Source: Candidatus Saccharimonadota bacterium (GTDB lineage Bacteria > Patescibacteriota > Saccharimonadia > Saccharimonadales > UBA4665). Taken from it: a DNA stretch of 32,000 bases. Position 1 is the first letter of the stretch. Every line of letters starts with the position of its first letter. Positions 19,942 through 28,327 of the stretch are shown in pieces. The notes beneath the pieces are model-generated. The model saw only the letters and a list, made by a program, of their open reading frames with translations, searched no databases and was not told the DNA's origin. The position numbers and the translations under genes are program-made. Location of the stretch: assembly GCA_963716945.1 (NCBI GenBank), contig OY970322.1, forward strand, positions 810,001-842,000, read 5' to 3'.

Positions 19942-20949
19942 TTATTCCATGCGTGACGGATGGTACCACTCGGGCGCGTGCTTCAGGAAGTGCTCGAGGT
20001 GCTTTTCGTCCAGCAGCCCGGCCTGGGCGCCGACTTTTTGGACGACGCTCATCGAGTTGATTGGCGCCCAGCGCAAAGCGTCCTCTAAGCTTTTACCCTT
20101 GATCAAAGCGGCTACGAAAGTAGTGGCGAACGAGTCGCCGGCGCCGGTCCGGTCAACCGGCGGGGCCGGGTCGGGATAAAGCGGCATCTTGAAACGGTTG
20201 TCGCCGTCCGAAGCGTAAGCGCCGTTGGGGCCATCGGTTATGACAACGACTTTCGGACCCAGACTGTGCAAGTGGTTGAACAGGTCGTGGATATCCTCGT
20301 GATTGCCGCCGCCGACGTTGGCAGCCTCTTCGCGGTTCAGCACCAGTACGGCGCTGCGGGCGTAAATACGGTGCAGCCGTTTGGTACCGGCTTCCATTTG
20401 GAAAGTACCGGGCTGAAAAGCCAGGTTGACTTCGGGGTGCTCGTCAAGCCAGTCGGAAACCTGGTCATGATAATCGATAGCATGCTGGCTAATCGAACTG
20501 AAGTACACCCACTTCGGGGTCTCGGCCGGACGGAGGTGCGGCCAGTGGTAGTCATATTCCTCGTGCCTGATCAGGATGGTCCGCTCCTCCTTATACCAGA
20601 GCACGTAGTGGTAGTTGCTCTTCTTGTCGTGGTTAATGCGGACGAACCGGGTATCAACGCCGTTCTTATGCAGGGCGGCAATCATGTCGCGGCCGTGGGC
20701 GTCGCCGCCGACGTTAGTTACGAAAGCGCTCTCCAGGCCCAGCCGCGCGAACGCCACCGCCGAGTTGGCGGCATTACCGACAGCTTCGATGATTTCGACA
20801 TGGTCGTATGGCAGTTTGGTACCGAATTGCATAGCCAGCCATTTCCCCTGGTCGTTTTGGTAAGTGACCGCCTGGTCGTCAAACAATTTGATAAAAGCGT
20901 CGGTCACGATATCGCCGATGCTGACTACGTCCGGTTGGTCTGCCGCCAT
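19942..20949 (-). CDS. PfkB-family carbohydrate kinase
   Basis: 335 aa. N-terminal VVSIGDIVTDAF and the C-terminal PfkB signature DRTGAGDSFATTFVAAL. The substrate is not assignable from sequence alone. Confidence 0.8.
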   Translation of the reverse strand: MAADQPDVVSIGDIVTDAFIKLFDDQAVTYQNDQGKWLAMQFGTKLPYDHVEIIEAVGNAANSAVAFARLGLESAFVTNVGGDAHGRDMIAALHKNGVDTRFVRINHDKKSNYHYVLWYKEERTILIRHEEYDYHWPHLRPAETPKWVYFSSISQHAIDYHDQVSDWLDEHPEVNLAFQPGTFQMEAGTKRLHRIYARSAVLVLNREEAANVGGGNHEDIHDLFNHLHSLGPKVVVITDGPNGAYASDGDNRFKMPLYPDPAPPVDRTGAGDSFATTFVAALIKGKSLEDALRWAPINSMSVVQKVGAQAGLLDEKHLEHFLKHAPEWYHPSRME

Positions 20950-21046
20950 GTGCCCATCCTATTCTCTTTATGCTAAGCCTGATGCTTCCGACATTGTGCC
21001 AAAGACGGCTGCCAAATGCAACTCGCTTGTGCTTGGCGGCCGGGCC

Positions 21047-22024
21047 CTAGTTTTTGTTCTTTTCCAGGACGGCGTGGGCGGCCAAGCGGATGTGTTTGGC
21101 GTCAAGTCCGAAGTACTCCAGCAGCTGGTCGGGCGCGCCCGATTCGCCGAAACGGTCCAGCATGCCGATGCGTTTCATGGGGGCCGGGTACTCTTCGGCC
21201 AGCAGTTCGGCGATGGCCCCGCCCAGGCCGCCGATAATTTGGCCCTCTTCGGCGGTCACTACGGCGCCGGTTTTGCGGACGCTTTTCAGGATGGTCTCAG
21301 CATCGAGCGGTTTAATGGTCGGTACATGGATGACCTCGGCTTCAATCCCGTCTTTATAAAGTTTTTCGGCCGCTACCAAGGCCTGATAAGTCATGGTGCC
21401 GGTGGCGATCAGGGTGACGTCGGCGCCTTTGGCGAAGACATAGGCTTTGCCGATTTCGAACGGCGTGGCGGCGGTCGTGATAACCGGCGTGGCCTCGCGC
21501 GCCAGCCGTAAATAGTTCGGCCGCTTGTCGGCCGCCATGGCCAGCGTCGCCTTCTCGGCCTCGACGCTGTCGCACGGCGCGATAACGACCATATTCGGCA
21601 AAACCCGCATCAGCGCCACGTCCTCCAGCATTTGATGCGTCGCGCCGTCCGGACCGACGCTGACACCGGCATGGCTGCCGACAACCTTGACCGGCCGGTC
21701 ATTAAGGCAGATGGTGGTGCGGATTTGTTCCCAGTTGCGGCCGGGACTGAAGGCGGCGTAAGAGCTGACAAACGGTATCTTGCCCATAGCGCTCAGGCCG
21801 GAGCCGACCGTTACCAGGTTCTGCTCGGCCACGCCGATTTCGATAAAACGCTCGGGAAACTCCTTGGCGAACAGGCTCATTTGCGTCGAATCGGTCAAAT
21901 CGGCACAGCAGGCCACGACATTCGGGTCGGCCTTGCCGGCCGCTAACAGACCCCGGCCGAAGCCTTTGCGGATCGGTTCGGCCTCCAGCTTGCCGCCCAG
22001 GTTAACCAAGCCCATATTACTCAT
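21047..22024 (-). CDS. tkt: Transketolase, C-terminal (pyrimidine-binding) subunit
   Basis: 325 aa. FIEIGVAEQNLVTVGSGLS and GATHQMLEDVALMRVLPNM. It has an 8-nt overlap (ATGAGTAA) with the N-terminal subunit gene. Confidence 0.9.
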   Translation of the reverse strand: MSNMGLVNLGGKLEAEPIRKGFGRGLLAAGKADPNVVACCADLTDSTQMSLFAKEFPERFIEIGVAEQNLVTVGSGLSAMGKIPFVSSYAAFSPGRNWEQIRTTICLNDRPVKVVGSHAGVSVGPDGATHQMLEDVALMRVLPNMVVIAPCDSVEAEKATLAMAADKRPNYLRLAREATPVITTAATPFEIGKAYVFAKGADVTLIATGTMTYQALVAAEKLYKDGIEAEVIHVPTIKPLDAETILKSVRKTGAVVTAEEGQIIGGLGGAIAELLAEEYPAPMKRIGMLDRFGESGAPDQLLEYFGLDAKHIRLAAHAVLEKNKN

Positions 22025-22874
22025 GTTCGCCCCTGATCTTGCCGCCTAGGGTACGGAGTTCGTGCAGTGCCTTGACCGCTTGTTCGTGGTCGGGCGGCTT
22101 GCCGTGCCAGGCGAAGTCGTACTCCATGAAGTCGACGCCTTTGCCCGGAATCGTATGGGCTATGATCATGGTCGGCTTTTCAACGATAGCCCGGGCCATG
22201 GCGCAGGCGTCGATGACGGCTTCGATATCGTTGCCGTCGATTTCCAGCACATGCCAGCCGAAGGCCTGCCACTTGGCTTTGAAATCCTCGAGCGGCATAA
22301 CGCTCTCGGTCGGACCATCAATCTGGATATTGTTGCGGTCGGTGATGGCGATAACGTTATGGAGCTTGTATTTGCCGGCCAGCATGGCGGCTTCCCAGAC
22401 ATTGCCCTCGTCCTGTTCGCCGTCGCCCATGACGACATAGACCCAGCGGTGCTGCTGCTTGTCCATGCGTAGCGCCAGGGCTATGCCGCAAGCCTGGCTC
22501 AGGCCGGAACCGAGCGGCCCGCTGGTGTTTTCCAATCCCGGCAATTTGGTTCGCTCCGGATGCCCCTGGAGCCGTGTCCCGAGCTGGCGCAGGGTCATCA
22601 GCTCCTTACGGTCAAAAAACCCGGCGTGGGCCATGCTGGCGTACTGGACCGGCACGCAGTGGCCGTTGCTGAGCAGAAATATATCACGTTCCTCCCAAGC
22701 CGGATTCTTGGGGTCGTATTTCATGATGTCGAAATATAAGGCCGTGAATATATCGGCTAGGCCCAGCGGCCCGGCGCTGTGCCCGCTGCCGGCATGCTCA
22801 AGCATCCGGATGATATCTTCGCGGATATCATTGGCGATTGTCTCCAGCCGTTCAAGCGGTAATTTTTGCCCCAT
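22017..22874 (-). CDS. tkt: Transketolase, N-terminal (TPP-binding) subunit
   Basis: 285 aa. GHSAGPLGLADIFTALYF and the TPP motif GDGEQDEGNVWEA. A TATAAT box lies 10 nt upstream of the ATG. Confidence 0.9.
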   Translation of the reverse strand: MGQKLPLERLETIANDIREDIIRMLEHAGSGHSAGPLGLADIFTALYFDIMKYDPKNPAWEERDIFLLSNGHCVPVQYASMAHAGFFDRKELMTLRQLGTRLQGHPERTKLPGLENTSGPLGSGLSQACGIALALRMDKQQHRWVYVVMGDGEQDEGNVWEAAMLAGKYKLHNVIAITDRNNIQIDGPTESVMPLEDFKAKWQAFGWHVLEIDGNDIEAVIDACAMARAIVEKPTMIIAHTIPGKGVDFMEYDFAWHGKPPDHEQAVKALHELRTLGGKIRGEHE

Positions 22875-22942
22875 GCTGCTAGTGATTATAGACCAGGCCG
22901 GGCGGCGCTCAAAGCTTGCTCTGGGCAGGCATTTATTTTGAA

Positions 22943-22971
22943 AATTAATATTTTATGTTAAAATATTAATT
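22943..22971. repeat. Perfect 13-bp AT-only inverted repeat (AATTAATATTTTA-tgt-TAAAATATTAATT) over the lipoprotein promoter
   Basis: Arms at 22943-22955 and 22959-22971 are exact reverse complements. The right arm contains a TAAAAT -10-like box upstream of the AAAGGTG SD and the ATG at 22986. Confidence 0.7.
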
Positions 22972-22985
22972 CGAGAAAGGTGAAT

Positions 22986-23507
22986 ATGTCAGAAAGATCA
23001 GTCTCAAGTTTACGTGACGGGATGCCGCTAGTTCCTAAGAGAGCAGCCGCCTTGGCGGCCGCCGGCTGGTCGGTATTGTTATTAAGCGGCTGCTTCTTAA
23101 CCCCAAAAGCCCGGGAAGAATCGGGTAAAGTCGCGATCTACCTTGCCTGCCCTGACGGGACTACCGGCAAAATCGAAGACGTCGTCGAGCCCCGGCGTAC
23201 GGATTCCGTTCCGGCTTCGGTCGGTTTTACTTGCGTGGACGGCGAGGGCAATCCTCAGCAGCCGCCTGAGACGGGCATCAGTACCAACCAGTCGCCGGAC
23301 GGCACTTCGGTTATGGGAATGGACAATGTGGCCGAATTCAGCCTTGGCTATACTTACCGCGAGGGTGAGGCCGGCAAGATCTTGAATGTCACGACAGAGC
23401 CGGCATTGGGGCAAACGCCTTTCAGTTTTGTTCAGATATCCGGCGTAGATAGGATCAGCTGCCACCCGGTAGCCCAGGTGCCTACTGGTGCCGGAGTAGC
23501 CGCTTAA
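22986..23507 (+). CDS. Putative lipoprotein
   Basis: The signal peptide ends in the lipobox LLLSGC. The AAAGGTG SD favours the ATG at 22986. There are three further Cys residues and codon usage is atypical. The 3' end overlaps the convergent rpe-like gene by 26 nt. Confidence 0.6.
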   Translation: MSERSVSSLRDGMPLVPKRAAALAAAGWSVLLLSGCFLTPKAREESGKVAIYLACPDGTTGKIEDVVEPRRTDSVPASVGFTCVDGEGNPQQPPETGISTNQSPDGTSVMGMDNVAEFSLGYTYREGEAGKILNVTTEPALGQTPFSFVQISGVDRISCHPVAQVPTGAGVAA

Positions 23508-24117
23508 GGGTTTCGTAACGGGCGGCAGGGTCGTCGGCCTTCTGGATGAAACCGCCGACGTTCAGGACGTCAACGCCGGCTTCAGCCAGCCGGATGATGT
23601 TTTGGTCGTTGATACCGCCGTCCCAGCCGATCTCGGCGTCGGGATGGTGTTCGCGGATGGCGCGCACTTTATCAAGCAGCCCCAGATCGGCCTGGCCGCC
23701 ATGATAGCCAAGATGGCCGCTGAAAACCAGGACGTGGTCAAAACTATGCATGATTTGATAAGCGTATTCCACTGGGGTGTCACTCAAGATAGCCAGGCCG
23801 GCTTTGATATTCTCGGCATGCAGCCGGGCCGCGAAGTCCATGTGATGGACTTCGGCTTCGTTATGGATAACCACCAGGTTCGGTTTGAGCCTGATGAGCG
23901 TATCCAGGTAGTCCATCGGCCGTTGATACATCAAATGAATGTCGGTATTCAGCCCTAGCGGCAGCCAGATTTTTGCCAAATCGGGCGACCTGGTCGGCGC
24001 AAACTCGCCGTCCATCAAGTCGACGTGTATTCGTTTGGCAAACGGCGTGAGGCGTTCGACTTGCGTGCGGTACTCATGCGGGTCGAAAGCCGTGACCGTC
24101 GGGCAAATAACCGGCAT
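23482..24117 (-). CDS. rpe: Ribulose-phosphate 3-epimerase-like protein
   Basis: IHVDLMDGEFAP resembles the Rpe HxDxMDGxFVP motif, and there is a C-terminal GGI...AGVDVLNVGG segment. I prefer the ATG at 24117 (MPVICPTV...), which is separated from the rpiB stop codon by 1 nt. The N-terminus diverges from classical Rpe. Confidence 0.7.
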   Translation of the reverse strand: MPVICPTVTAFDPHEYRTQVERLTPFAKRIHVDLMDGEFAPTRSPDLAKIWLPLGLNTDIHLMYQRPMDYLDTLIRLKPNLVVIHNEAEVHHMDFAARLHAENIKAGLAILSDTPVEYAYQIMHSFDHVLVFSGHLGYHGGQADLGLLDKVRAIREHHPDAEIGWDGGINDQNIIRLAEAGVDVLNVGGFIQKADDPAARYETLKRLLRHQ

Positions 24118-24118
24118 T

Positions 24119-24616
24119 TCAGGCCTCGAATTCATCAAGCTGGCGCACCCGGCGGACATGCCGTTCGGCGTCGCTATATGGCGTATCCAGCCAGACTCGG
24201 ACGGCTTGCTTTATTTCTTCATTAGACAGGAAGCGGCCGGACAGGCTGAGAACGTTGGCGTGGTTGTGCTGGCGCGTCAACCTCAGGATTTCGTAGGGGT
24301 CGTCACTGGTATTACCCTCGGCATCGACGGCGGTTTTGGCGGCTACGGGACCATAGAAGAGGGCGCAGCGGACGCCCTTTATCCGGTTGGCGGCCATCGC
24401 TTCGCCCTGGCCGCTGCCGCCGAAGATAATCCCGCAGTCGCAGTCGCCGGCCGCCACGGCTTTGGCCGCCGGGAACATAAACCCCGGATAGTCATCGTCC
24501 ATATCCAGACTCTTGGGTCCGAAATCGACGCACTCATGGCCCAGCGATTCCAGGAAAACCTTAAGCTCGCGCAAAGCCTCGAAGCCGGCATGGTCGGTCG
24601 TAACGGCAATCTTCAT
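24119..24616 (-). CDS. rpiB: Ribose-5-phosphate isomerase B
   Basis: MKIAVTTDHAGFEAL ... CGIIFGGSGQGEAMAANR ... the usual RpiB/LacAB motifs. I prefer the ATG at 24616, which has a TATACT box 9 nt upstream. Confidence 0.9.
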   Translation of the reverse strand: MKIAVTTDHAGFEALRELKVFLESLGHECVDFGPKSLDMDDDYPGFMFPAAKAVAAGDCDCGIIFGGSGQGEAMAANRIKGVRCALFYGPVAAKTAVDAEGNTSDDPYEILRLTRQHNHANVLSLSGRFLSNEEIKQAVRVWLDTPYSDAERHVRRVRQLDEFEA

Positions 24617-24638
24617 TAACTTAATAGTATAGTCCCGG

Positions 24639-24657
24639 CCGGCTGTCGGCAAGCCGG
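24639..24657 (-). terminator. Hairpin downstream of gap
   Basis: CCGGCT (24639-24644) pairs with AGCCGG (24652-24657) around a 7-nt loop, 4 nt after the gap stop. The following tract is A/U-rich but is not a clean U-run. Confidence 0.35.
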
Positions 24658-24661
24658 TCTC

Positions 24662-25675
24662 TTACTTTTGCAGCAGGCGGCCGGTGTCGGCCACCACTTC
24701 GACCAGGCGGTTGGAGTAGCCCCATTCGTTGTCGTACCAGGCGACGACCTTGAGCATGTTGCCGCCGACGACGTTGGTCAGCTTGAGGTCGACGATTGCC
24801 GAATGGCTGTTGCCGATGTAATCGCTGCTGACCAGCTCTTCTTCCGTAACATCCAGGATGCCCTGGTAAAAAGGTTCTTTGGCGGCTTTCTTGAAAACTT
24901 CATTAACTTCTTCGACGGATACGGCCCGCTTAGTTATAATGACAAAGTCACTAAGCGAGACGACCGGGGTAGGTACGCGGATACTCATGCCCCCGAATAT
25001 GCCTTGGATAGCCGGCAAGGCCAAGCCGGCGGCAATCGAGGCACCGGTCGTGGTCGGTACGATATTCTCGGCCGCGCTGCGGGCTTCGCGCAGGTCTTTG
25101 GCCGGGGCGTCCTGCAGCCGCTGGCTGGCGGTATAGCTGTGGACGGTGGTCATCATGGCCTTTTCGATACCGAAGTTACTCTCGATGACGGCCGCTACCG
25201 GCGTAATGCAGTTGGTCGTACAGGAGGCGTTGCTGATGATATCGCTGGCGCCGTCGAGCTTGTCCTCGTTGACACCGAGGACAATGGTGGTGGCGCCTTC
25301 GCCTTTGGCCGGGGCGCTGAGGACGACCTTTTTGGCGCCGGCGTCAATGTGGGCCTTGGCTTTGGCCGGGTCGACGAAGAAGCCGGTTGATTCTATGACG
25401 ATGTCGACTTTGTGTTCCGACCAGGGCAAAGCCGCCGGGTCCTTCTCGGCCAGCACCAGTACGTGCTGGCCTTCGACGATAATGCCTTTGTCATCGAAAC
25501 CGACTTTTTTGTCATAAGTGCCGTAGTTGCTGTCATGCTTGAGCAAATGGGCCAGGGTTTTGGTGTCGGTCAGGTCGTTAATCGCCACGATTTCCAGGTC
25601 ACCGCGCTCAAATGCCACCTTAAAGGCATTGCGGCCGATGCGTCCGAAACCGTTAATAGCTACCCGTGTTTTCAT
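24662..25675 (-). CDS. gap: Type I glyceraldehyde-3-phosphate dehydrogenase
   Basis: 337 aa. INGFGRIGRN, the active site SNASCTTNC, and WYDNEWGYS. An AAAGGA SD is present. Confidence 0.95.
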   Translation of the reverse strand: MKTRVAINGFGRIGRNAFKVAFERGDLEIVAINDLTDTKTLAHLLKHDSNYGTYDKKVGFDDKGIIVEGQHVLVLAEKDPAALPWSEHKVDIVIESTGFFVDPAKAKAHIDAGAKKVVLSAPAKGEGATTIVLGVNEDKLDGASDIISNASCTTNCITPVAAVIESNFGIEKAMMTTVHSYTASQRLQDAPAKDLREARSAAENIVPTTTGASIAAGLALPAIQGIFGGMSIRVPTPVVSLSDFVIITKRAVSVEEVNEVFKKAAKEPFYQGILDVTEEELVSSDYIGNSHSAIVDLKLTNVVGGNMLKVVAWYDNEWGYSNRLVEVVADTGRLLQK

Positions 25676-25751
25676 ATCGCTTGATCCTTTGCTTGTGTTT
25701 GTTTTATTGGTTATGCCTATATTGTAAGAGTTAGTTGCCGATGATGCAAAT

Positions 25752-26342
25752 TTAGCGGTCGACCGTCCGGCCCCGGAACTCCGGCAGACTCAGCAACCGG
25801 TCCAGGCTTTCCAGATCCTCGAAGATTGAAACGCTGTCGCCAAGGTAGCCGGTCCGCTGCATGACCAAGCCTTTGAGGGTCGCGAAGTCGACCAGCTTGA
25901 GGCCTATCTTCTCGCCGGCGTCAAGGCGGGGCTCGCGGCGCCCGCTGACCTCCCAGGCCAGCCAGACATGGATGAACCATTCCATCTTGCGGTAGGGCTG
26001 CCAGACTTTGATTAAGCGCCAGTTTTTGAAGCTATAGCCGGTTTCTTCCAGCACTTCCCTTTCGGCGGCGCTGCGGATACCGGCGTCATCAGGGTCGACC
26101 CGGCCACCCGGGAAACTCTGCCGGCTGCCCAGATGAGGCTGTTCGTCATTAATAATTAATAACTTATCGTCGACGACGCAGATGGCGCTGACCGTATCGG
26201 GCCGCTTGAGCATTTCAAAAGTATGTTCCGAACCGTCAAACAGCTGCTGCGGCCACTGGTAAACATCGAAGATCATACCCTGGAATACCAGCTGGGCCGC
26301 GTCCGGCAACAACACGCTGTCTTCAGGAATGACTTTGTTCAT
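25752..26342 (-). CDS. Nudix hydrolase
   Basis: 196 aa with the Nudix box GGRVDPDDAGIRSAAEREVLEETGY. Confidence 0.8.
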   Translation of the reverse strand: MNKVIPEDSVLLPDAAQLVFQGMIFDVYQWPQQLFDGSEHTFEMLKRPDTVSAICVVDDKLLIINDEQPHLGSRQSFPGGRVDPDDAGIRSAAEREVLEETGYSFKNWRLIKVWQPYRKMEWFIHVWLAWEVSGRREPRLDAGEKIGLKLVDFATLKGLVMQRTGYLGDSVSIFEDLESLDRLLSLPEFRGRTVDR

Positions 26343-26348
26343 GCTTCG

Positions 26349-26357
26349 ATTATGACA
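26349..26357 (-). promoter_or_regulatory. Extended -10 box (TGtCATAAT) 6 nt upstream of the Nudix ATG at 26342
   Basis: The reverse complement of 26349-26357 is TGTCATAAT. There is no SD. Confidence 0.45.
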
Positions 26358-26394
26358 TAGCCGGCTATTTCCGCGATGAGCCCAGCTTAATTTT

Positions 26395-26403
26395 TGCTAT
26401 TAT
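26395..26403 (+). promoter_or_regulatory. Extended -10 box (TGcTATTAT) 8 nt upstream of the Nudix ATG at 26412
   Basis: TGCTATTAT at 26395-26403. The track start at 26394 lies inside this box, so I prefer 26412. Confidence 0.45.
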
Positions 26404-26411
26404 TAAAGATA

Positions 26412-26972
26412 ATGAGCGACCAGCCGCAGGAAACCGTAGCCTTTGCCGGCCGCATCGGCGAACTGATCCACATCGTCCAAAAGGACGGCAGGACTTTCGA
26501 GCGCTATCGCCGGCCGCCGGGCATCAGGCTGGTTATCGTTTCGCCCGAAGGCAAAATTCTGGTTACCAAAGAGCGCCGGGAGGAAGCCGGCGGCATCGAC
26601 TTGCGCTTGCCGGGCGGCAAGGTCTGCGACAGTCTTAACGACTACCACGCCCTGCTCGACAGCGGCCGGGATATGCTGCAAGCCGCCCAAGCGGCGGCGG
26701 TCAAAGAGGCGCTTGAGGAGACGGGCCTGATTATCGAGCAGCCCGAATTGATAGTCACGGCCAACGCCGGCGCTACCGTGGAGTGGGATTTGTACTACTT
26801 CTTGGTACGCGAATACGCCGAAAGTCCCGGCGGTCAGGAGCTTGAAGCCGGCGAAGATATCGAAGTCACCTGGCTAAACCCTGATGCATTGCGCCAGGCC
26901 ATCGAAAACGGTGAAATGAAAGAATGGCGCAGCGCCGGCGTCCTGCTGGCCAAAGTACTGCCCAAGCTCTAG
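26412..26972 (+). CDS. Nudix hydrolase with an expanded Nudix-box loop
   Basis: LPGGKVCDS...(insert)...AAVKEALEETGL. The REx2EE part is conserved but the G-to-E spacing is longer than canonical. Confidence 0.75.
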   Translation: MSDQPQETVAFAGRIGELIHIVQKDGRTFERYRRPPGIRLVIVSPEGKILVTKERREEAGGIDLRLPGGKVCDSLNDYHALLDSGRDMLQAAQAAAVKEALEETGLIIEQPELIVTANAGATVEWDLYYFLVREYAESPGGQELEAGEDIEVTWLNPDALRQAIENGEMKEWRSAGVLLAKVLPKL

Positions 26973-26973
26973 C

Positions 26974-27507
26974 TTAGCTGCCGGCTTTGTAGCGCTCGAT
27001 TGACTCGGCGATAATCTCTTTGGCCGCCTCGGCGTCGCCCCAGCCCAGGACCTTGGTGGTGCCGGGCTTCTTGAGGTCTTTGTAATGGTTGAAGTGCTCG
27101 GCGACTTTCTGTTGCCAGCGTTCGCCCAGATCGGCCAAGCTTGAGATACCGTCGCCGGTGTCGCGGTCATCAGCCGGTACGACGACGATCTTGTGGTCCA
27201 TGTCGCCATCATCTTCGAAGTTCATGACGCCGATAATCTTGGCTTCCAGCCAGACACCGGTCGGGATCGGTTCGGCGCAGACGACTAGCGTATCAAGCTC
27301 GTCGCCGTCCTCATCCAAGGTCTGAGGGATAAAACCGTAGTTGACCGGTTTGGCGTAAATTGACGGCTCCACCCGGTCCAGCATGAACGCCGCCCGCTGC
27401 CGGTCCCACTCGATCTTCAAGAAACTGCCCTGCGGAATTTCCACGACGGTGTTAACCGTGCCGTTCCGGTAGTCACCGGGTTCCAATACTTGGTTAAAGT
27501 CAGCCAC
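26974..27507 (-). CDS. ppa: Inorganic pyrophosphatase (family I)
   Basis: 177 aa. DGDELDTLVV and the VVPADD region. GTG start at 27507, preceded by the strong SD AAGGAGGAG. Confidence 0.9.
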   Translation of the reverse strand: MADFNQVLEPGDYRNGTVNTVVEIPQGSFLKIEWDRQRAAFMLDRVEPSIYAKPVNYGFIPQTLDEDGDELDTLVVCAEPIPTGVWLEAKIIGVMNFEDDGDMDHKIVVVPADDRDTGDGISSLADLGERWQQKVAEHFNHYKDLKKPGTTKVLGWGDAEAAKEIIAESIERYKAGS

Positions 27508-27534
27508 GTTTTCTCCTCCTTGAGTTGAGCTTAG

Positions 27535-27599
27535 GGGCTATTTTGTAGTTTTGATAAGAGACCGTGATTTAGGTATCGTTCAAAACTACAAAATAGCCC
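27535..27599. repeat. Perfect 20-bp inverted repeat with a 25-nt loop in the ppa/GDPD divergent region
   Basis: GGGCTATTTTGTAGTTTTGA (27535-27554) and TCAAAACTACAAAATAGCCC (27580-27599) pair 20/20. I checked this base by base. Confidence 0.9.
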
Positions 27600-27631
27600 G
27601 TCACTTAATACTAATATTGTACACTAAGAGC

Positions 27632-28309
27632 ATGCAGATAATCGGCCACCGCGGCGCCCGCGGATTGGCCCCCGAAAACACCATTGCCAGCCTCCGCAAA
27701 GGCCTTGAGCACCACGTCGACATCTTGGAGTTCGACTTGCGGGTCACCAAGGATAACGTCGTCATCCTGCACCATAATCCCGGCCTGGTTAATGCCGACG
27801 GCCAAGCCTTCAAGATTAAAGACTATGGCTACGCGACACTCAAGGATCATAAGCCCGACCTGGCGACTTTCGAAGAAGTATTGGAGACCATCGGCCACCC
27901 GGTACCGCTGTATGTCGAAGTCAAGCCCCGCGAGCGGGTCAAGCCGATTGTTAAAATAATCGATAAATACCTCGCCAAAGGCTGGCAGCCCGGCTACTTC
28001 CTGCTCGGCTCCAAACGCCAAAAGACATTGCTGGAGCTCCACGCCGCTTTGCCGGCTATCCCAAAGGTCGTCATCGAACCCTGGAGCGGCGTCCGGGCCC
28101 ACTACCGGGCCCGGCAGGTAGGCGCCAAAAAAGTCAGCATGAACCGCTACTGGCTGTGGTGGGGCTTCATCCGCGGTTTCAAGCACGGTGACGTCGAACT
28201 CTACACTTATACTTTGAATAATCCGCGCAAGGCCAGGCGCTGGGCCGGCTACGGCTTGGCCGGCGTCGTCACCGATTATCCGGATAAGTTTGAAAAACCC
28301 GGGGCCTAA
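27632..28309 (+). CDS. Glycerophosphodiester phosphodiesterase-family protein
   Basis: MQIIGHRGARGLAPENT is the GDPD N-terminal motif. I prefer the ATG at 27632, because the track extension from 27551 reads through the inverted repeat. Confidence 0.8.
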   Translation: MQIIGHRGARGLAPENTIASLRKGLEHHVDILEFDLRVTKDNVVILHHNPGLVNADGQAFKIKDYGYATLKDHKPDLATFEEVLETIGHPVPLYVEVKPRERVKPIVKIIDKYLAKGWQPGYFLLGSKRQKTLLELHAALPAIPKVVIEPWSGVRAHYRARQVGAKKVSMNRYWLWWGFIRGFKHGDVELYTYTLNNPRKARRWAGYGLAGVVTDYPDKFEKPGA

Positions 28310-28327
28310 AGCTGTTAAACTAGTAAC

